DNA from: Atopobiaceae bacterium | Lineage (GTDB): Bacteria > Actinomycetota > Coriobacteriia > Coriobacteriales > Atopobiaceae | Direction: 5' to 3' | Length of the DNA: 64,000 nucleotides | Assembly: GCA_017652285.1 (NCBI GenBank) | Contig: JAGCBF010000345.1 | Location: 8,028 to 72,027 of the forward strand | Program-made: the position numbers and the translations under genes | Notes under the pieces: generated by a model | Seen by the model: only the letters and a program-made list of their open reading frames with translations | Database searches by the model: none | What the model was told of the DNA's origin: nothing | Part shown: in pieces, positions 52,059-62,500 of the stretch | How the letters are laid out: the number at the start of each line of letters is the position of its first letter | How positions within the stretch are numbered: position 1 is the stretch's first letter

Positions 52059-54224
52059 GTGCCTCACAAACGCGTAGTAAGAAACGTGCCGCAGGTCATG
52101 CAGATGGAGGCGCTGGAATGCGGCGCCGCCTGCCTTGCCATGATACTGGCCTACTATGGTCGTTGGATACCGTTGGAGCAGGCGCGTGCCGACTGTGGCG
52201 TGTCGCGCGACGGCTCGAAGGCCGTCAACGTGCTCAAGGCGGCACGCCGATACGGGCTCAAGGCCCGCGGCATGACGTATTCCACAAACGCCATGCGCAA
52301 CAAGGGTAACTATCCCTGCATTCTGTTTTGGAACTTCAACCACTTTGTGGTGCTCAAGGGCTTTGGACGCACCTGTGCCTACATCAACGACCCCGCGCGC
52401 GGCCAAATAAAGGTGCCCATGTCCGAGTTCGAGTCGTCGTTTACCGGCGTTGCGCTGGAGTTCGAGCTAACGGAGGCGTTCGAGAAGGGCGGGCAGCCGC
52501 CCAAGACCGTTGCCTACCTGCGCAAGCGCTTACAGGGCCTGGGCACCACCATCGTCTTTGTCATGGCGTGCGCCGCCGTCGCGTCGCTTGTTGGCGTGCT
52601 CTTTACGTCGCTCGCAAAGGTGTTTATTGACCACATACTCTCGGGTAACGAACCGTCGTGGCTCGCGCCGCTCATTGGCCTGATGCTCGCGCTTGTGGCC
52701 CTAAGCGGCGTCGCAACGACTCTTAACGCGATCAACATGTCCCGAATCCAGGGAAAGGTCGCCATGGTGAGCTCGAGTCGCTTTATGCGACACCTGCTGC
52801 ACCTGCCCATGGGGTTTTACGCGCAGCGCATGGTAGGCGACCTTCAGCGGCGTCAGGCAAGCAACGAGCAGATCGTCCTTACGCTGGTCGGTCAGCTCGC
52901 TCCCGTGCTGGTCAACGGCGCCATGCTCGTGCTGTACCTTGTCGTTATGCTGCGGCAGAGCGTGCTTCTTACCTTGGTGGGCGTGACCACGGTGGTCCTT
53001 AACGCGGTGATTGCGCACCAGATATCCAGCAAACGCGTCAACATTGCCCGCTCGATGTCCATGGACGAGGGCAAGCTCTATGCCACGACCGTAAGCGGCG
53101 CAGACATGATCGAGACCATCAAGTCCTCGGGCGCGGAGAACGGCTACTTCCAGCGGTGGGCGGGCATCCAGGCCAACGTCAACGACGGTCGCGTGCGTCT
53201 GGCGCTCATCAACGAGTACCTGGGCTCGGTTCCGCTCATGGTCACCGAGCTTGCGAACATAGCCGTGCTGGTTTTGGGCACGTGGCTTATCGTGCAAGGC
53301 TACTTCTCCACGGGTGCGCTCCTGGCGTTTCAAGGGTTTCTTAGCTCGTTTATGGCGCCGGTCACGCAGCTCATCGGGCTGGGACAGGTCGTCCAGGAGG
53401 CACAGACGCAAATGGAGCGTGTGGAAGACGTGATGCGCTACCCCGTGGACGTGCCCGAAGACCCCGCGGAGCCCATAGACGCATCCACGTTTACGCGCGA
53501 GAAGCTGCGTGGCCAGGTGGACATGGAGAACGTCTCGTTTGGCTACTCGCCGCTCGAGCCGCCGCTGATCGAAGACTTTTCTTTGCATCTTGAGCCCGGC
53601 AACTGGGTGGCGCTGGTGGGTCCGTCCGGCTGCGGCAAATCGACCATATCCAAGCTCGTGAGCGGCCTGTACCAACCATGGGAAGGCGAGATTCGCTTTG
53701 ACGACACGCCGATCAAGGACGTGCCGCGACCCGTGCTGCGCGGCTCGCTTGCGGTGGTGGACCAGGACATCGTGACCTTTGACGACACGGTGTCGGACAA
53801 CGTAAAGCTGTGGGACGGGTCGATAGAGGACTACGAGGTGATCCTTGCGTGTCGCGATGCCGACATACACGACGAGGTCGTTACGCGCGAGGGCGGCTAC
53901 CGGGCGCGCGTTCTTCCCGGCGGAAGCAACTTTAGCGGAGGACAGCTGCAGCGGTTGGAGATTGCCCGCGTGCTTGCGCAAGACCCCACCGTAATCGTGT
54001 TGGACGAGGCGACCTCGGCGCTTGACTCCCAAACCGAAGCCGAGGTCATACGGCGCATTCGCGATCGCGACGTCACCTGCATCGTGGTGGCGCACAGGCT
54101 GTCCACCATTCGCGACTGCGACGAGATCATCGTGCTCGACGCCGGCAAGGTCGTGGAGCGTGGGACCCATGCAGAGCTTATTGCAAAGAATGGCGCCTAC
54201 GCCGAGCTCGTAAGGAGCGACTGA
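52059..54224 (+). CDS. Bacteriocin-type ABC exporter with N-terminal C39 peptidase domain
   Basis: The track ORF is 52017..54224. I prefer GTG 52059, which has AGGAGG 6 nt upstream. C39 motifs are QMEALECGAACLAMILAYYG (Cys), NHFVVLKGF (His) and INDPARG. Six TM segments are followed by Walker A GPSGCGKST, signature FSGGQLQR and Walker B VIVLDEATSALD. Confidence 0.9.
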   Translation: MPHKRVVRNVPQVMQMEALECGAACLAMILAYYGRWIPLEQARADCGVSRDGSKAVNVLKAARRYGLKARGMTYSTNAMRNKGNYPCILFWNFNHFVVLKGFGRTCAYINDPARGQIKVPMSEFESSFTGVALEFELTEAFEKGGQPPKTVAYLRKRLQGLGTTIVFVMACAAVASLVGVLFTSLAKVFIDHILSGNEPSWLAPLIGLMLALVALSGVATTLNAINMSRIQGKVAMVSSSRFMRHLLHLPMGFYAQRMVGDLQRRQASNEQIVLTLVGQLAPVLVNGAMLVLYLVVMLRQSVLLTLVGVTTVVLNAVIAHQISSKRVNIARSMSMDEGKLYATTVSGADMIETIKSSGAENGYFQRWAGIQANVNDGRVRLALINEYLGSVPLMVTELANIAVLVLGTWLIVQGYFSTGALLAFQGFLSSFMAPVTQLIGLGQVVQEAQTQMERVEDVMRYPVDVPEDPAEPIDASTFTREKLRGQVDMENVSFGYSPLEPPLIEDFSLHLEPGNWVALVGPSGCGKSTISKLVSGLYQPWEGEIRFDDTPIKDVPRPVLRGSLAVVDQDIVTFDDTVSDNVKLWDGSIEDYEVILACRDADIHDEVVTREGGYRARVLPGGSNFSGGQLQRLEIARVLAQDPTVIVLDEATSALDSQTEAEVIRRIRDRDVTCIVVAHRLSTIRDCDEIIVLDAGKVVERGTHAELIAKNGAYAELVRSD

Positions 54225-54225
54225 C

Positions 54226-56412
54226 ATGAACTGGATGGAATCGCAGATAGAGACAAGGGCGCGGCTTGACTCCCAAATGACCGACCGCGCCTACGCCGAG
54301 CTTGCCGAAAGCGTCACCGCCGCCCATGCCAGCCATGCCGCATTGCAAGACGACGTCGCGCTTGTCGACGGCGCCGCCCGCGCCTGTCTGCGGTACTGCG
54401 GCGTCGAGCCGGGCAACGTGCCGGACGACGTGACGGACATGCAGCAGCGACTCGAATACCTGTGCCGGCCGTCAGGCACCATGTGGCGCCGCGTGTGCTT
54501 GGATGGCCAGTGGTACAAGAACGCGTTTGGTCCTCTGCTCGCCCAGCTGGACACGGGCGAAACCGTTGCGTTGTTGCCAAAGAAGCTGGGGGGATACTCG
54601 TTTGTCGACCCCACCACTGATGAGCGCGTACGGGTGGGGAAGTCTACGGCGGCGCGGATCCTGCCCGACGCCATGTACTTCTACCGCCCCCTTCCGGCGC
54701 GGCCGCTAAAGGTCCGTGACCTGCTGAAGTTCATCTTTATGGTCTTTGACGTCCACGACTACCTGTTGGTGTTCGCAGCCGCCATGGCGGCCACGATTAT
54801 GGGCATGTTGCCGGCATGGGCGAACCAGGTCGTGTTTTCCGTCGTGGTGCCGAGTGGCCAGGAGGAGCTTATCGCCCCCATTGCCATGCTGCTGCTGGGC
54901 GTGTCGGTGTCCACCGTGCTCATCGGCATTTGCCGCAACCTGGTGACCGACCGGCTTGTGATGAAGATCGACATCGTGGCGGAGGCGGCCGCCTTTGCCA
55001 GGATGCTGTCGTTGCCCACCAGCTTTTTTAAGGATCGGTCGGGCGGCGAGCTGGGCGAGCGCGTGTCGCAAGTGTCGCTGATGGTGCAAAACCTGGCATC
55101 GATGCTTCTTGGCGCGGGACTCACGACGTTTTTGTCGTTTGCCTACATCGTGCAGATCGGTGTGTACGCGCCGAGTCTTGCGGTGCCGGCGCTTGTCGTG
55201 CTGTTCGTTCAAATCGCGTTTGCGTTCGTGACCATGTTCGTGACGTCGTACTACGACGTGCAAACCATCGAGAAGCAGACGAAGCTTTCGGGCACGGTCA
55301 CGGCGCTGCTCAACGGCATGCAAAAGATCAAGCTGTCCGGCGCGGAGGACCGTGCCTTTGCAAAGTGGGCGCACGGCTATGCGGGGTACGCAAGAAGTCT
55401 GTACAACCGTCCCATGCTCGTGCGCGTGCTGCCGGCAATCGGCTCCCTCATTGGCATGCTGGGCACGATCGCCATCTATGCGATCGCGGGTTCGACCGCG
55501 GTGGCGGTTGCCGACTACATGTCGTTTAACGTGGCCTATGGCGGGCTGATGGCTGGCGTTACCATGCTCATGGGCATGATCGACCCCATCGCGCAGCTCG
55601 GACCCATGCTCAACGTCGTAAGGCCCCTTTTGGAAACCGCTCCCGAGGTCGTGGATGGCAAGCCGAGCGTCTCGTCGCTTTCGGGCGGCATCGAAGTCTC
55701 GGGCGTGTCGTTTCGCTATGGCCCGGAAGAGCCCTACATCTTGCGCGACCTGTCGTTTCGCGTTAAGCCGGGGGAGTACGTGGGCATCGTGGGCAGGAGC
55801 GGCTGTGGCAAAAGCACCATCATCCGACTGCTGATGGGCTTTGAGGTTCCCGAGCGCGGCACCATCATGTTTGGCCCCTACGACTCCTCCAAGGTGGATG
55901 CCGGGTCGTTGCGGCGCAACATGGGCGTCGTGACGCAAAACGGCAAGCTCTTTATGGGCGACATCGCGTCGAACATCACCATTGCTTCTCCCATGGCGAC
56001 GCTCGACGACGCTTGGGAGGCTGCCGAGCTTGCCGGCATTGCCGACGACATTCGCCAGATGCCCATGGGCATGCAGACCATCGTGACCGAAGGAGGCGGA
56101 GGCATTTCGGGCGGGCAGCGGCAACGCATCATGATCGCGCGTGCCATTTGCGGCAAGCGGCGCATCCTTTTGTTTGACGAGGCCACGAGCGCGCTTGACA
56201 ACATGGCGCAACGCCACGTAAGCGATTCGCTCGACACCCTAAACTGCACGCGCCTGGTGGTGGCGCATCGCCTTTCCACCGTACGCCACTGCGACCGCAT
56301 AATGGTGGTGGACGGGGGGTGCATTGCCGAGGAGGGCACCTTTGACGAGCTGATCGCGCGCGGAGGCCTGTTTGCCGAGCTCGTGGCTCGCCAGCGCTTG
56401 GGAGAAGAGTAG
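54226..56412 (+). CDS. Second ABC exporter subunit (permease/ATPase, no catalytic C39 motifs)
   Basis: AGGAG lies upstream, and the ATG is 1 nt after the previous stop. The N-terminal ~170 aa lack the Cys/His peptidase motifs. Walker A GRSGCGKST, signature ISGGQRQR, Walker B ILLFDEATSALD. Confidence 0.9.
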   Translation: MNWMESQIETRARLDSQMTDRAYAELAESVTAAHASHAALQDDVALVDGAARACLRYCGVEPGNVPDDVTDMQQRLEYLCRPSGTMWRRVCLDGQWYKNAFGPLLAQLDTGETVALLPKKLGGYSFVDPTTDERVRVGKSTAARILPDAMYFYRPLPARPLKVRDLLKFIFMVFDVHDYLLVFAAAMAATIMGMLPAWANQVVFSVVVPSGQEELIAPIAMLLLGVSVSTVLIGICRNLVTDRLVMKIDIVAEAAAFARMLSLPTSFFKDRSGGELGERVSQVSLMVQNLASMLLGAGLTTFLSFAYIVQIGVYAPSLAVPALVVLFVQIAFAFVTMFVTSYYDVQTIEKQTKLSGTVTALLNGMQKIKLSGAEDRAFAKWAHGYAGYARSLYNRPMLVRVLPAIGSLIGMLGTIAIYAIAGSTAVAVADYMSFNVAYGGLMAGVTMLMGMIDPIAQLGPMLNVVRPLLETAPEVVDGKPSVSSLSGGIEVSGVSFRYGPEEPYILRDLSFRVKPGEYVGIVGRSGCGKSTIIRLLMGFEVPERGTIMFGPYDSSKVDAGSLRRNMGVVTQNGKLFMGDIASNITIASPMATLDDAWEAAELAGIADDIRQMPMGMQTIVTEGGGGISGGQRQRIMIARAICGKRRILLFDEATSALDNMAQRHVSDSLDTLNCTRLVVAHRLSTVRHCDRIMVVDGGCIAEEGTFDELIARGGLFAELVARQRLGEE

Positions 56413-56462
56413 AGAAGGGCACGCGGGATCGCCGCTAAGCCGAACGCGCTACCTGCATAACT

Positions 56463-56492
56463 TTGCTGCGTTATTATGCTAATCAGTAGATA
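56463..56492 (+). promoter_or_regulatory. Candidate promoter for the Cna-B giant gene
   Basis: TTGCTG, an 18-nt spacer, then TAGATA. It lies between 7-bp inverted repeats ctgcata (56454) and tatgcag (56502). Confidence 0.35.
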
Positions 56493-56517
56493 TTGCAGCT
56501 CTATGCAGGGAGGCGTC

Positions 56518-59500
56518 ATGAAACATATAGGTCGATATCGGCAAGTCCTTTGCTTTGCCATGGTCCTTTTGCTGTGCATTTTGGTTCGGCCGCAGGCCGC
56601 CTATGCGGACCAAACGAATCTGCGCGTGCAGTTCTTTGACGCCGATACCGGCGAGCTCATCCCAGCTCGTGGGGGTGAGTCCTCGTATGCGGCGGCCATA
56701 ACGAAGACAAACAGGACCTCGACGCAAGAGTATGGCAGGACGACCGAGTATTCGCATGGGTACTATCACACGAGCGAAAGCTTAGTTGGCTATTCTCACC
56801 AGGCGGTGGGATGGGCAGTTCCTGGCGATGGCGACTTCGTGCTGCTTCCCCACCTGCTCATGAACAGCAACGTTGTGTATGACACGTGCACGTACGACAT
56901 AGTCGTTCGTGCGCCCATCGATTACGAGGCCGTCTTTCCGGGGTGGTTTTCCATAGATGAGAAGCCGCTCAACACCTATGACACGCGCGTCACGGTCCCC
57001 AACTCAAGGCTGACGCGGACGGGCACAGGCGAGTATCTGCTTAAGGTAAACCTCAAAAAGAAGACCTCGGCGCATCTGAATATCCAGATCCCTAACCTTC
57101 AGGAGCTCAAGCAGGCCGGATTCGCGTTTGAGCTTAGGTACTATGCGGGCTTTGACAAGCAAGCCACGTCGGCCGACATGCAGACGTGCGCCACAAACGA
57201 CTCCGGCAACGTGCTCAGTGTGGCAGCCTCCAGGGTTGAGCTGGGACAATACGCGCTGGTCGTGACCAATCCCCATGGCGAGTCGTACGTTGCGGCGGAG
57301 TTCTGGCTTGAGCCGTTGCGCATTCCTCGCGTTGACCCATCGATAAAGAGCGCCCTTGGCTTCGAGCAGTATGGCCTGTTTACGCAGCCCTACCGCAACT
57401 GGGACACGGTCGTGGGGCAAGAGGATGCCGACCGCATGAAGACGGTGCTCGATGCCATGCATCTTTCGTATAGCGGCAACAAGATGAACATAGAACTCAT
57501 TGACGTCGAGAACAAGTGGACGCGGGTCGTGCCCAAGGATGGCACCACGAACATAACGGAAGTGTACCCGGAGTACAAGACGCACGTCTTTAGGGGTCAC
57601 ACGCTTAAGCTGGACCTGGACCTGCATCCCGTTACGATCAAGAAGGAGTGGCCGGAAGGCGCGCAGCGCCCCAACGAGGTGACGGTTGAGTATCAATCGC
57701 AAGGCGGTATGTCCGGCACCGTCGTGCTTAACGAGTCCAATGGCTGGAGCAAGGCCGTTGCCCTGTTTGGCCATGACGTGACGACGTTTACGGAGAAGGA
57801 ATCCACAGATGCCTACAAGCCTGCGAGCTGGGTGCTGAGCGGCGTGTTGGACGGCGCGAGCGCACAGACGAGCGTAACGCTGCCCACGTCGCAGGACGCA
57901 TATACGGCACGGATCGACACCAAGGAGGGGACGGGTGTCGAAGGTCGAGCGGGCTTGTCTGCCGACGACATGGCGGCAGCGACTAAGCTCATAGCCTCCA
58001 ACACGTCGACGCTAACCTTGAGCAACCAAACGAGCAAGGTGTTCCACGTGCAAAAGAACTGGGAGATTGACAATGGGCAAACCGACAAGCCCCAGTCCAT
58101 AACGGTGGCCCTGCAGCGACGCGACGACGTGGCGAAGAAGTGGGTGAGCGTGGCGCAAAAGAGGTTGTCCGACGCCAACCAGTGGAAGGAGTCGTTTGTG
58201 GTCGGGGACTCCGGGACCGGCAGCCAGACGTATCGCATTCGCGAGCTCAGCGAAACCGCCCAAACGGTGTGGTCGCAGTCGGATGTTGACGCGCCCCAGA
58301 CCAAGTCGGTGCTGGAGCGGTTGCAGGAGTGGGACGACATGTGGAGGCGGGACTACAGCGGGAGCAACATCGCGGCGCTTACGGCACTCGTTAACGGTCG
58401 GGACAACATGTACGTGCCCACGGTCGTATACAAGGTGGGAGACAGCGAGACCAAGTACTACGCGAGCTACAGCGTCGACGAGTCCGGCACCACGACGACC
58501 ATAACCGACACCGCCGTGCTGGACGTGTCGGTAAACAAGCGCTGGCTCAAGTTTGGCGATGCCAGGATTCCCTCGAGCGTCTACCTTATGCTTTTGGGGC
58601 GCGACGCGTCTGCGGAGGGAGCGCAGGGCGCGACGTACCAACCGGTCTACGACGCCCTGTACGGCAACGTCATGGCCAACCCGTTTACCATTAACGAGCT
58701 CAAGGACACCTTGATAGACGCGAGCATCGACCCCAACGAGGTGAACGCACGGCTAAGGAGCGGCATAGCCCTTGGCGAGGCAGCGCCCAACGGTGACCTG
58801 TCCAAGAGCTGGCGTGCCCAGTTTGGCGTGCGCAAGTATGGCCCGTCCGGTACGGAGCGGGAGTACCTGGGCGCCGAGCTCGTTACGGGCTTTGCCAAGG
58901 TGGTCGAGGGCGGCATTACCGGCTCCGACCAGCCGGTCATGGTCCAGAACGCGAATCCTCGGTACTTCTCGGTGTTTGGTCACGCCTACGAGGTCTCCTC
59001 GTTGTGCAAGGGCTACGAGCGCGTGGCAAACGTCATCAACACGCGGGTTCCGTCGGATGAAGACGACCCTGGCCGCGTCATCGGCGGCACCAAGTACTGG
59101 AACGACAGCGGCAACGTGGTAAAGCGACCCCAAACGCTCACGCTGCATGTATACGCCGAAGACACGGACGGCTCAAAGACCGAGGTCACGGGATCGCCCG
59201 TTACGGTGAGGGCGTCGGACGGCTGGGTGTGGAGCCTGGCGTTGCCCAAGGGTGACGCAGCCGAGGGAAAACAGCTCGTGATGGAGGAAGAGATACCCGC
59301 GGGCTACAACGTCGGCAATCGGCGCATGTACGACATCGAGAACGCGTATGTGGGCGACAATGCGACGGACGTGATCCACAAGTCGGGAAAGATCGTATGG
59401 GAAGACGACGACGATGCGGAAAAGAAGCGTCCCGCCCAGGTGCGTGTGCGCATTAAGGCGGATGGCGAGGAGTTCGACTCGCGCATCGTGACCAAGGACA

Positions 59501-62500
59501 ACGGTTGGAACTGGACGTTCCCCAACCTGCCCAAGCAAAGGGACGGCAAGGACATTACGTACACCGTGGAAGAGGACCCCATACCGGGCTATGGTACTAC
59601 GGTGGACGACGACGGTGCGATGATCACCATAACCAACCGATATGAGGACAGGCGCATTACCGTTACCGTCAACAAGGTGTGGAAGGACAACGACGACGCC
59701 GACGGCAACCGCCAGAGCGTCATTGCGTGGCTGCTTGCGGACGGCGAACGCATACGCCACACGAGGCTTTCCAAGAGCGAGAATTGGCAGGGGAGCTTTA
59801 AGGACTTGCCCGAATACCAAAACGGCAAGAAGATCGCATACACCGTGGAAGAAGCGGAGGGACTGCCCCTGTACAGCGCCTCCGTGTCGGGAAGCGTGGA
59901 AAAGGGCTTCACCATTACCAACACGTACCAGCCCACCATGCTGCGGATCGACGTGCGCAAGGTGTGGGTCGACAACGACGACCAAGACCACAAACGCCCC
60001 GAATCGGTAACGGTGGAGCTGCGTGCCTTTGGCGCAAAGACCGGAAAGACCCTTACGCTTTCGCCGAGCAACGATTGGAAGGGGACGTTTGAGGCGCCCA
60101 GGCACTTGCGTCTGCGGGTTGCCGACTACAGCGTGACCGAGGACGCGGTCGAGGGCTACAAGCAGCGGGTCACGGGCGATATGGAGAGCGGGTTTGTCAT
60201 TACCAACACGCGCAACTGGGACGCAGAAAAGGTGCCGGTGCGCGGCACCAAGATCTGGGACGACGCGGACAACCAGGACGGCTTGCGGCCCAAGAGCATT
60301 ACCGTGCACCTGTTGGCCGACGGAGAGGAAAAGGAGTCCAAGACCGTGTCGGCCGCAAACGGCTGGACGTGGGACTTTGGCGAGCAGCCCAAGTACAAGG
60401 ACGACGGGCGGACGCAGATCACCTACACCGTGACCGAGGACGTGGTGCCGGGCTACGGTCGAACGGACGACGCACCTGCCGGCAATTACGACATCACCAA
60501 CACGCACGTGCCCGAAACCGTGGAGGTCACGGGCAAAAAGGATTGGGACGACGACGATGACGCCGCGCACAAGCGTCCCGAGCACCTTACGGTGTTTCTG
60601 TACGGCGACGGCGTGGAGCTCGACGACGACGAGATAAGCGCCGAAGACGACTGGACGTGGAAGTTCGTGGATTTGCCCAAGTACGACCAGGGCAAGCTCA
60701 TCAACTACACCGTGAGCGAGGAGGCCGTGGTCGACTACATGGCCGAGGTCGAGGACTACGACATCACCAACACCTACGTGCCCGACACCACGAGCGTGAC
60801 CGTGCACAAGGTGTGGGACGACGCCAACAACCAGGACGGCAAGCGTCCCCAGGACGTTACCGTGCGTCTTATCGCGCAGGCGGACGACGAGGAAGGTGAG
60901 CACGAGGCCGCAAACGTCCAGCTTTCGGACGCAAACAAGTGGACGCACACCTTTGAAAAGGTGGACGCCGACAAGACCTACGTGCTGAAGGAGGACGCCG
61001 TCGAGGGTTACACGACCGAGGTGACGGGCAACCAGTGGGAGGGCTTCGTGGTGCGCAACACCTACAAGCCGCAGACGACGAGTGTAAAGGCGATCAAGAA
61101 GTGGGACGACGATGACGACGCCGCGCACAAGCGACCCGACAGCGTGGTCGTCAAGCTGCTGGCAAACGGGGCAGAGAAGCGCACCAAGACCCTTACGGCA
61201 GACGACGAATGGCAATATGCCTTTAACGAGCTCCCCGCGTACGAGAAGGGCAACAGGATTGCCTACGACGTGACGGAGGAGGCGGTATCTGACTACAAGC
61301 CGAGCTACGAGCGCACCGACGACGAGGGGTCAGGTCGTACGGTTACCATCACCAACAAATACGCGCCCGAGACCACGAGCGTAACCGTGCGCAAGGTGTG
61401 GGACGACGACAACGACGCTTTGGGCACGCGACCCAAAAACGTGCAGGTGGAGCTGCTTGCCGACGGCGAGGATACGGACAAGTCGGTCACGCTCGACGCC
61501 GAGAACGAATGGGCCGCCACCTTTGACGACCTGGAAAAGCAAAAGGACGGCAAGGACGTCGCATATACCGTAAAGGAGGTCAGCGGGCTTCCCGACGGCT
61601 ACACCTCGCGCGTGGAGGGCGACGCCACGTCCGGCTTCGCGATCACCAACACGTTTGACGCGCAGACCATGAGCATTACCGTTACCAAGACGTGGGAAGA
61701 CGACGACAACAAGGACGGCAAGCGACCGGAGTCCGTGACGATCCACCTTAAGGCGGACGACGTGGAGCAGGGAGAGCCCGTAAATCTTTCCAGTGACAAC
61801 GAGTGGTCGCACACCTTTGACGGGCTGCCGCAGAACAAGGACGGCAAGGAGATCGACTACACCGTGACCGAAGACGAGGTCGAGGGCTACAAGACCGAGG
61901 TGTCGGGCAGCGCGGCCGAGGGCTTTACCGTTACCAACAGCCTGGATACCGAGGAATCGGAGGGCTACGAGGTCGAGAAGGTCTGGGACATCGACGCGCT
62001 CAAGCAAGACCGGCCGGATTCCATTACCGTCGCGCTGCAGCAAATGGAAAAGCCCAAGAACGAGGGCGGTGGCGAGGAGAAGAAGGATCCCACGTGGAAG
62101 ACCGTCGCGACCGCCGAGCTCAACACAGGCAACGGCTGGAAGGCGACGCTCAATCCGCCAAAGCAAGACGGCGAGGGAGAAGGCTCGGAAGCTGGCGGTA
62201 ACGAGGGCCAGGACGAGGGCCAGAACAAGGAAGAGGAGAAGCCCACCTATCGCGTGCGCGAGCTCAAGGGCGACGCGGAGTCCGACCCCGTGTGGGCAAA
62301 GACCGATGCGGACGCCAAGACGACCAAGACCCTGGCAGAGGTCCTGCGCGACCCCAAGACGTGGGAAAACATAGACGAGGGCAAGCTGGGCGAAGACGCC
62401 AAGGGTCTTCTCAACAACATAAAGGACGCGGCCTTGAGTCCTTCCACCTGGTACGACTTTTGGGAAAACGGCGTGGACCAAAAGAAGCTCGACAAGCTGC

